A stretch of DNA of 63,261 nucleotides, filler included, from Octopus bimaculoides (taxonomy: Eukaryota): NCBI RefSeq assembly GCF_001194135.2. It is 4 parts of 4 records of this genome, joined end to end, with 100 filler letters (N's around TTAATTAATTAA, not from the genome) between each part and the next. Parts side by side here need not be neighbours in the genome. Positions count along the whole stretch, not along the records: positions 28,992 to 59,451 come from NC_068988.1; positions 59,552 to 63,261 come from NC_068981.1; 2 more parts are not named here. One strand, written 5' to 3'. A model generated the notes under the pieces. It was not told the DNA's origin. It was given only the letters and a program-made list of their open reading frames with translations, and made no database searches. A program made the position numbers and the translations under genes. This document shows, in pieces, positions 52,684 to 63,261 of this stretch. Every line of letters starts with the position of its first letter. Position 1 is the stretch's first letter.

Positions 52684-54060
52684 GACAAAACATCTTGTAG
52701 TATTTACACTGGTTCTTTAGATTCCAAGTTCTAATCCTACTCTGGGCATCGCTGCTTTTGATCCTCATCTTTTAAGAAATGGGACGACATAATTGATTTT
52801 TTTCCCCTGACCTCCTCCAAAAAGTAGTGGCAGGAGAAACAGTAGTAGTAGTAGTAGCAGTAGCAGTAGCATAATTAGCACTCTAAGTGATGTCTGTGGG
52901 GGGGGGGGTCAGTTATTGTTGTGGTGATCAGGACAACAGGAAACGGTGAAACAAAGAACAGCTGCAATAACATCACCACCACCTCCACCATTATCATTAT
53001 CACCATTATCGTCATCATCGTTAACCTCATCATTACCATCATCATCATCATAGCCATCGTCATCATTACCATCATCATAATCAGCATCATCACTAGCATC
53101 ATTATCGTTATCATCATCTCCATCATTTACGACTTTCATCATGAACAACAACAACAACATCAACAATGAGGGAGGTTTTTTTGCATGACCACTCGATCTG
53201 CAAGACATAGCAGCTAAATCATCTCCAAATTATATGTCCTCCAAAGGAAAAGAATGGAGAACAAGAAAATATTTTAAAACACAGAGAGACAATTTTGGAC
53301 AGTGCATTTCTACAAACAGACAAAAAAAAAAACAGAGCTGCCACTCCCCCCAAAAAAAGATAGATGATAATGATTGAAATTCCTTTGATCCTAGTTATGC
53401 TGAATCTGAGTCCAAAGTCAGCCTAGGGCTAAACAACAGCAGATGTAAATAACAATAACTAGAGCAGCATTATATTAATGTTTGCTGCAGCGGTACTTAG
53501 CATCAACAGCTGCAGCGGAATTTGCAGTAGTATTGTGTATAGTTGTGATATCTTGTGGCAGTGGTAACAGCAGTAGCAGCAGCCTGAATGCAGTAGTGTT
53601 ATCTGTGGCAGTAGCAACAAAAAGCTGGGACTGAATGAATGCAGCGGTATTAGAAGTGGTGGTAGCAGCAGCAGCGGTGGCTGCAGCGGTGGCAGCAGTG
53701 ATTGTAATATGGATAATTAATTATGTCTACTGATGAACTAATAGCAAGGATGACAACAACAACAACATCTAGATTACAACAACAACGACAACAGCAACAA
53801 CGACAGCGGCAGCAGCAGTGGCAGCAACAGCAGCAGATGCGTAGCAATAACGATGTCAGCAGCTCTCGTGACATCAGCGATTGCTGCAGCAGAGAGACAA
53901 CAGCAACAGCAACAACAACAAACCAAACCATGTTAGCAGCATCTACATCAATAACAACAACAACAATAACTGCAACAGCAGCAGCAGATGCAGCAGCACA
54001 CATGATGCCAATCATAGCTGCAATAATACCAGCAGCACCACCAGCAGCACCACCAGCAGC

Positions 54061-54092
<32 letters not shown>

Positions 54093-56029
54093 CAGCAGTA
54101 GTAGAATAACAACAACATTGTCCATAACACTCCCAACTATAATAATAACAACAACAACAAGCTAACAATGGAGCTTCCTTGTGGTCACTAGATCTGCTAG
54201 AAATAGCAACCAAATCACCTTCGAATTATACACTATCATCTTTAAAAGATGACGGACGGAAAAGGACACGTTAGAGACCCTAAAAATACATGATCGTCAT
54301 GGTTGGAAGGCTACTGATCATAGCTTTGCTTGATCAATATTGACCTGGGGCTAAACAAGAAAAACAACAGAAGCAGCAGCAGCAGCAGTAGTAGTAGTAG
54401 AATAACAACAACATTGTCCATTACGCTTCCAACTATTATAACAACAAGAAGCTAACAATGAAGTCTCCTTGTGGTCACTAGATCTGCTAGAAATAGCAAC
54501 CAAATCACCTTCAAATTATACACTATTGTCTCTAAAAAAAAGTGATGGAAAAAAAAGAACACATTGATTAATTTATTATTCCTAGAGACCCTAAAAATAC
54601 ATGAGTGTCATGGTTGGATTGCTGCCGATCATATGTTTGCCTGATCAATGTGGATCAACTGTTATTGATATGAGCCAATGTGCAAGACTTGTATTTGCTA
54701 ATTTCACCTCCTAGAAATAGCAGCCAAATCACCTTTAAATCATATATTACTGTCTTTAAAATGGATGTGTTGAATAATGTGATGTTTGTATTGTATTTAT
54801 AAACAAGGAAAATCTAACCGGAGGGTCATGCCTGGAGCACATTTGATCAGAAATCTGTTCGGTCGGGACTGACCTGTGGCTAAACTATGACAATGGTATC
54901 GTTATCATCAACATCATCAACATCCACATCAACAATATTAATTGAAACAACAGTAGCAGCAGCAGCAGCAGTTGGTGCAATAAGAACTATAATGGTAGAA
55001 GTAGCAGCAGTAGCAGTAGCAGCAGCAATCACCATAACAACAACAACAACAACTAAGTTGACTGCAACAAAAAAAAAACAATATCAGTTAATTTTATAAC
55101 AACAGCGAAGCCAATATTCACACCACCACCACCAATGCCAACACCACCACCACCACAACACAACTACCAACACCTGTACCACCACCATCACCACCACTAC
55201 ATCATCACCATCACCACCATCACCATCTCACCACCACCACCATCACCTCCACCACCATCACCACGACTACCACCATAATATCACCACCACCACTACCACC
55301 ACTACCACCACCGCCACCACTACCACCACCACCACTACTACCTCCACCATCACCACTACCACCACCATACCATCACCACCACTACCACCACCAACACCAC
55401 TACCACCACCAACGCCAACACCACCACCATCCCCACCACAACTATCAGCAACATCTCCAGCAGTGATATGAACATTATCAATAACAGCTCCAATAAAAGG
55501 CACCTGTTCATGGCCATTCAAAAATACTAAAAATAGCAGCTAAATTTCCTGCAAATCAGGCTCTAAGACTTCCTTACGTTAGGACATATGGTCTGAGGTT
55601 GTCTTCGCATAGGAAAAAATAAGATGGGATGTTCATGGCTGGAATGCTTTCATTCTGAGTTCTGCTCAATCAAGACTGACCTACGGTCAAGCAACAACAA
55701 CAAAGTAAGAGTTTCTTGTTCAGCAAGGAACCCTCTCCATAGGACAACAAAGGAGCCTTTATGTGGTCACTCAACATGCTAGAAATAGCATTTAAATCGC
55801 ACTCAAATTAAACCGTTATCTTTATATATATATATAAATACATGGCATTGGATCATGCAATCTTAGAAAGACATGAATAAACAGGATGGTCATATTTGGA
55901 AGGGCTTTGATCATAGTATCTAAATCACACTCTAATTATGCTCTTACCTTTTTATATACAAATGTATGGCTTTGCATAATGCAATCTTAAGACATGAATA
56001 AACATGGTGGTCATAATTGGAAGGGCTTG

Positions 56030-56305
56030 ACTTGATTGGCTGCCTTTTCTGGCTTCCGTGCTGGTGGCACGTAAAAAGCACCAACCGATTGTGGCTGTTG
56101 CCAGTCTCCTCTGGCCCCTGTGCCGGTGGCATGTAAAAAGCAGCCACTACACTCTCGGAGTGGTTGGCATTAGGAAGGGCATCCAGCTGTAGAAACACTG
56201 CCAGATCTGACTGGAGCCTGGTGCAGCCTCCTGGCTTCCCAGACCCCGGTCGAACTGTCCAACCCACGTTGACATGGAAAACGGACAATAAACGATGATG
56301 ATGAT
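56030..56305 (+). mobile_element. SINE family B
   Basis: Conserved tail ending in (GAT)n. Confidence 0.88.
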
Positions 56306-56408
56306 AATGTATGCATTGCATAATGCAATCTTAAGACATGAACAAACAGGATGGTCATCGTTGGAAGAGCTTTGATCATAGCATCCAAATCTCACTCTAA
56401 TCATGCCC

Positions 56409-56672
56409 TCATCATCATCATCATCATCGTTTAACGTCCGCTTTCCATGCTAGCATGGGTTGGACGATTTGACTGAGGACTGGTGAAACCGGATGGCAAC
56501 ACCAGGCTCCAGTCTGATTTGGCAGAGTTTCTACAGCTGGATGCCCTTCCTAACGCCAACCACTCAGAGAGTGTAGTGGGTGCTTTTACGTGTCACCCGC
56601 ACGAAAACGGCCACGCTCGAAATGGTGTCTTTTATGTGCCACCCGCACAAGCCAGTCCAGGGGCACTGGCAA
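56409..56672 (-). mobile_element. SINE family B
   Basis: Closely matches 41660-41828 and 36950-37330. Confidence 0.9.
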
Positions 56673-56892
56673 TAAATGTACGGCATTGCATAATGCATTG
56701 TTAGAAAGACATGAATAGACAGGATGGTCATACTTGGAAGGCCTTTGGTCATTGCCCTCTGCTAGATCAGAGTTGTCCTGGAGTAAACTACAACAGTGGT
56801 GATCACATTTATCACCATTCTATGAAGTCAATTAGAAAACAAACACTACCTCCAATGCTACCTCCAATACTACTACCAATACTACTATTTAT

Positions 56893-56982
56893 CCTTGGGC
56901 AAGTGTCTTCTACTATAGCCTCGGGCTAACCAAAGCCTTGTGAGTGGATTTGGTAGACTGAAAGAAGTGCATCGTATATATG

Positions 56983-57040
<58 letters not shown>

Positions 57041-57103
57041 TGTCTGCGTGTGTCTGTGTTTATCCCCCCAACATTGCTTGACAACCGATGCTGNNNNNNN
57101 NNN

Positions 57104-57150
<47 letters not shown>

Positions 57151-57366
57151 TGTCTGCGTGTGTCTGTGTTTATCCCCCCAACATTGCTTGACAACCGATG
57201 CTGGTGTGTTTATGTCTCCGTAACTTAGCGGTTCGGCAAAGGAGACTGATAGAATAAGTACTAGGCTTACAAAAAATAAGTCCTGGGGTCGATTTGCTCA
57301 ACTATTGGCAGTGCTCCAGCATGGCCGCAGTCAAATGACTGAAACAAGTGAAAGAGTAAAAGAGTA
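56893..57366 (+). mobile_element. SINE family A, 5'-truncated
   Basis: Starts at the CCTTGGGCAAG core; overlap duplication across the 10-N gap. Confidence 0.9.
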
Positions 57367-57495
57367 GACTACATCTGTGGAGTGCTCAGCCACTTGCATG
57401 TTAGTTTCAGAAGCCGGCTGTTTGGTTGATCAGATCAACTGGAACCCTCATTGTCTCAACCAAAAGAGTGCTGGTTATGTTACCACTAACACCAA

Positions 57496-57533
<38 letters not shown>

Positions 57534-58724
57534 AGGTGGCCACTAGTATTACTAAAAATACTATTGTTGATACTACCATTAACACTACCACTGATATTAC
57601 AAATAACACTATTGCCAACACTAGCACTACCACCTATACAGACACTAGCACCAGTACACCAGTGCTATTACCAACACTACGTCCAGTACACCACCTTCTA
57701 TAGCCAACAGCATCACTATTACGAGCAACAGCACTAACAAGGAAAATCAACAGAAGCCAGATCAATTACAGCTGTACTAACAGTAGTAGATGTGTTGTTG
57801 CTGGTGGTGATGTTGATCGTGACAATGTCAGTGGTTGCAGAAGCAGCATGTGTAGTTGTTATTTAGCACCAGGTCAAGCCAGGCTGAGGTGTCCTATGCT
57901 GGAATGTGTTCCAGATATGACCATTCCATTTATTTTTGTCAGGTCGTTCAGTCATAGAGAAATACTTTATCTACTGTGTTCTCCTTTCCTTATTTACCAA
58001 CAACAGTGTGAAGTTCAAAGGAGATTTAGCTTCTATTTCTAGCTGGTCAAGCAACCATTGGAGAATGTGCTTGCTCTACTACATTGTTGACATAGGAGCA
58101 ACAGTATCACCACAGAAGAGATAGTTGTAGTAGTAGTAGTAGTAGTAGCAGCAACAGTAGTAGTAGTAGCCTCTAGGTGGCTGCTTAAAATGTTTGCTAG
58201 AAATAACAGCCAAGTTTTGCTTGAAATGACAGCTTCTACTACTACTAACCTGAGAAAAAGGACATGTTTGCAATAATGGATTCCTGGTTACATTATGTCT
58301 GAAAAATAAAAAAAAGATATATATATATATATATAAGAAATATATGGACAAAAAAAGACTGATGGGATGGGCACGGTTGGAATGTCTTCTTTCATCATAG
58401 ATCTTTTCTATTGGGGCTGACTTGACCTGGTACTAAACAACCAGAACGGCAACATCAATATGATGTACGGTGCCTTTACAAAGAGGCAGCAACAATGAAG
58501 AACTACTGCTGCTGTTGTTGCTGCTGGTGATGGCAGTGGTGTTGGTGGTGGTGGTGGTGGTGGTGGTGGTGGGGATGATGAGGATGATTATAATGATGAT
58601 GCTACTGCTGCTGGTGATGATATATTTACAATGTTATTGTTATTTAGCCCCTGGTCAGCAGACTTGGTTGTTTCAACCTACTAGAAATAGCAGCCAGATT
58701 TTGTCCCACTTAAATTCCAACCAC

Positions 58725-58758
<34 letters not shown>

Positions 58759-59410
58759 TACAAAAAAAAAAAGCACAATTCAAAATAAAATGCAGAAAAA
58801 AAAACAAAAAACCATTGGATAATGCAAATATAAAGTTAGATACATTATTTGAGTAAAAGAAAGACAGGGTGGTCATATATGGAAACATCGTCATCATTGG
58901 TCTGTTTATTCTGTCTGCTTGATAATTGCAGATTGCTGTTGCAGCCTAGGGGCGAGATAACTAAATTATCAATAACATCACCAACACAATTATCGCAGCA
59001 GCAGCAGCAGCAGTAGCAGTAGCGGTAGTAGTAGTGGTTGTGGTGTGCTGGTGGTGTTGGCGCTCTGTAACTGCTACTGCATCCAAGTGCAGTGCATTTG
59101 TTGCTTATTGATCAGACCCTGCTAGCATATGCTGCAACATAGCCTCATTAAACTAGACGACTAACAAGTCCCACTAGAAAGTTCACCAGGAGGACAGTCT
59201 GTCTGTCTATGTGTGTGTGTGTGTGTGTGGGTATGCGCACGGGTCTATGTACGTGCATGATTACCTGTGTACATGCACGCATGTTTCTGTCTGTGGGTAC
59301 ATAACATTTTCTATGTCTATTATGTTCTCAGTTTTTCTATCTCTCCCTCTCCTTATGTCTGTCCTTCTCTCCATTTCACTCCCTGTCAATATATATATAT
59401 ATATATGACA

Positions 59411-59451
<41 letters not shown>

Positions 59452-59551
59452 NNNNNNNNNNNNNNNNNNNNNNNNNNNNNNNNNNNNNNNNNNNNTTAAT
59501 TAATTAANNNNNNNNNNNNNNNNNNNNNNNNNNNNNNNNNNNNNNNNNNNN
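59452..59551. other. Artificial scaffold/contig join spacer
   Basis: 44 N + TTAATTAATTAA (59496-59507) + 44 N. Confidence 0.95.
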
Positions 59552-59612
59552 CAAGCGATGTTGGGGGGTACAAACACAGACTCACAAACACACACACATA
59601 CACACACACACA

Positions 59613-59673
<61 letters not shown>

Positions 59674-59838
59674 GTACGACGGGCTTCTTTCAGTTTCCGT
59701 CTACCAAATCTACTCCCATGGTTTTGGTCGGCCCGAGGCTATAGTAGAAGACAGATGCCCAAGGTGCCACGCATTGGGACTGAACCCAGAACCATGTGGT
59801 TGGTAAGCAAGCTACTTACCACACAGCCTCTCCTGCGC
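59552..59838 (-). mobile_element. SINE family A, 5' half
   Basis: Head matches 49955-50110. Confidence 0.9.
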
Positions 59839-60099
59839 AAAGGATATACTAAGTATGTCTACCTGCTGGAAATAACTGTCAAAACTCTTATTTAAATCGC
59901 CAAAATACAATGATAATAACTACAGAAATCAACTGCGGTCATTTTTAAATTGTTATACTAGATAATAACAGAGTCAATCGTATCTTCACAAATTATTTTT
60001 TCGTGAATTATTATTTGCTCGTGAATTATGTGGTCCGTATATATATATACGTCTGCAGGTAGAGTCTATAAAATTTAAACATGCATCCATATTTAATCG

Positions 60100-60187
60100 C
60101 AAAATCGCAAACGTCAAGAAACATTTTGTTCGGTATTTGTGCGAATTCTCGTTCAATGGCTGTCCTCATTTCATCAACTGTTGCCAT
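60100..60187 (-). mobile_element. Tc1/mariner-superfamily transposase C-terminal relic
   Basis: ATVDEMRTAIEREFAQIPNKMFLDVCD resembles the T..EL..AI..E...IP..M...V tail of Tc1/mariner transposases. Confidence 0.45.
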
Positions 60188-60268
60188 TTTGAAACAGAAA
60201 AACACTAATCGCCTTTAGTATATAATAGAACAAAAGAATATGTAATCTGATCAATAATTATCCGGACT

Positions 60269-60282
60269 GTTGCTATAGTGAC
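60269..60282. promoter_or_regulatory. RFX X-box-like motif GTTGCTATAGTGAC
   Basis: Reverse complement GTCACTATAGCAAC fits GTYRCYATRGCAAC. Confidence 0.3.
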
Positions 60283-60576
60283 GAAGCTAAAGCATGCAGA
60301 GCAGAGCTGCTTGACAGAGATTGACCTTGAAATCTGTTGTGCGTGTGCACTAAATTTTAAAGTTCTAGCTTACTTTCGCTGTTTAAAGCAGTGTTTGGAA
60401 GGAAGGTGTGTAGTGTGTGATCGCCGCATCAACCATGACAGAGAATTAATTTATTACTTAACATATTCACCTACAATTGTTTCATTTCACAAACAAAATT
60501 AAAATTACAAAACATATATAAATATACAATCTTCCATTTTAAAATACCTTGGATGGAAACTCATCAGGATGCGGGC

Positions 60577-60815
60577 AAGCAAGTTAGGCAGGTCGATACA
60601 GAAAAAATATTTAATATATTTAATGCAGAACATGTACATATGTATTCATAAAAAAAAAATAAGACTTTCACAGAATGAAAATGATATCAGGAATTAATAC
60701 CTGATATCATTTCCATTCTATGTTAAGTCGGACATTTTTTATATGTATACACATGTACATTTTCTGTATTAAATGTATTTAATATTTTTTGTATATCGAC
60801 TTACCTAACTTGCTT
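60577..60815. mobile_element. Older imperfect foldback element (~240 bp)
   Basis: Arms aagcaagttaggcaggtcgatac...gaaaatgatatcagg and cctgatatcatttcc...atatcgacttacctaacttgctt are reverse complements, roughly 80% by eye, around an 8-nt spacer. Confidence 0.8.
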
Positions 60816-61679
60816 ATCCTCTACCTGCTCAAATTCAGATCCCTTGAGTACTACGAAGTGTATTCTATACAGAGAATACCTGTCTCAAATCCATATATAT
60901 ATATATGTATATGTACATATGTATGTCTATATGTATGTATGTATGTCTGTATAGGTATATATAGAACATTAGAAAGTATGCCAATAGATAAGTGCATTTA
61001 CGTAAATTGATTATCACCGAATGTATGCTATATTTACGAGTTTGCACCGATACATGCACATTTAACACTTAGTGTGTATGCGCGCGCGTGTATGTGTGCT
61101 TGCACGTCTAATTATCTATGTATATATTCATTTAGACATACATATTTCCTTTAATGCGCACAAACTCACACACACATACATATACGAATTTACACCCCCC
61201 TCCACACACAGAGGTGCGCTTGTATGTAAGATATGATACGACACATGTGTGTGTGCGCGCGCGCGTGTAAATGTGTGAATATTTGTGTTTCCCGAATCTT
61301 CAACATTCCATACGCCATATTTTAAGCAAATAGCAGAGTAGGGCTCCATCAAAACAGCAAGAATTAATAATGATGATTGTGTTCCGCCTCATTTCACATT
61401 CTCCTCTTTTTACAAGCCACCATGCCATTCATTTTGGCATATCCTCCTTTTAATCATCTCTCACAGCTTCATTTGACACGCATCCAAACCTTTATCCCCG
61501 ACAAACATGCAAACTCACTTTGGCCCTCGCAATTTTTTCCCTCGCTTTTTGTCTCCGTAATCAAAAATGGCGTCCCGAAAACAGTTTAAATATAAATTGC
61601 TTATCTTGCTATTTATTAGACTTTCTTGCAGCTATCTTTATTATTCTTCTTCACTGTTTCTCAACCTATCCCTGTTTCT

Positions 61680-62635
<956 letters not shown>

Positions 62636-63261
62636 ACATTCGCCTATAGAGGAGTGATGGTTTGTAGAATAAAAAAGGTAAAGATATGGAACCCGAAGCG
62701 AATTGAATTGTCTTGCATGTTTGTGTGTTTATATCATTTTATTCCATTAATAAACAAAAACCAAACTTGTTGCTTTGATTCCCTAAATTGTTTTCCAAAC
62801 TCTGCGACTTCATTGTTATGTTCTGCCGTTCCATGATTCCAGCAACCAAAATGCCAGCACCACAATTCGTTGGATCTTAACAAAGGCCACACTGCAGAAT
62901 CCCTGAATGTTCGATATAATTCTTTCATCTCCGTTTTTTTTTTCTCTCAATATACTTTTTCAGCTTAACTTCATTCGTGCATTTATGATATATATACATA
63001 AATATCACATCATATTAGTTCTATATGTGCGCGCGTGTATGGGCGTGCGTGTGTCTGCAGCGCGTGCATGCGTGTGTGTGTGCGCACGCGTGGCTTATCA
63101 TAACATATAAGAAAAGAACCAGCAAATCGTATTAAACTCACCATTTATCTACAAGTTGATTCCTTTTATCGCCGTCTTTTGCAGTGTTTCCTTTATATGT
63201 ACGCAGGAGTATATGTAGGCATGTATGCTTGTGTGTATATGTATATATATATATATATATA

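Larger units (their letters stand above)
52840..59150. repeat. Trinucleotide-rich domain (CAT, CAG, CAA, TAG, CAC, TAC) interleaved with an unnamed interspersed repeat (family G)
   Basis: Recurrent ctagaaatagcagccaaat / ggtcat..ttggaa...tttgatcatag / gacctggggctaaacaac motifs near 53200, 54190, 54480, 54710, 55780, 58200 and 58680. Confidence 0.75.

Noticed and set aside
53650-54213. Poly-Q/poly-T/poly-A ORF 53723-54109 and overlapping frames
   Set aside because: Mixed trinucleotide repeats open on both strands, with no domain or splice support, flanked by family G repeats.
62734-62928. 64-aa minus-strand ORF in unique sequence
   Set aside because: No recognisable motif and only a weak GTTTGG donor.

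Overview
Eukaryotic, AT-rich, gap-ridden and transposon-dense DNA, mostly intergenic or intronic. The tRNA-derived SINE families and very high microsatellite load resemble octopus DNA; this is an inference from recall, not a search. Three artificial 100-bp spacers (44 N + TTAATTAATTAA + 44 N) divide the window into four assembled pieces: 1-15097, 15198-28891, 28992-59451 and 59552-63261. I recognise no intact protein-coding gene. Recognisable content includes a pile-up of Dong/R4-type (RLE) LINE fragments in (TAA)n microsatellites and relics of Penelope-like, APE-LINE, Tc1, mariner and Helitron elements. There are also at least four SINE families and several hairpin or mariner-type MITEs. The most interesting signal is five hammerhead-ribozyme-like motifs from three repeat families. 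One family joins a Pol III B-box-like head, an (AAT)n spacer and a minimal hammerhead, and may be a SINE/retrozyme hybrid. Two low-confidence, phase-compatible chains of small exons (one per strand) and two RFX X-box-like motifs hint at a long-intron host gene that I cannot identify. Almost all listed ORFs are artefacts of gaps or microsatellites.
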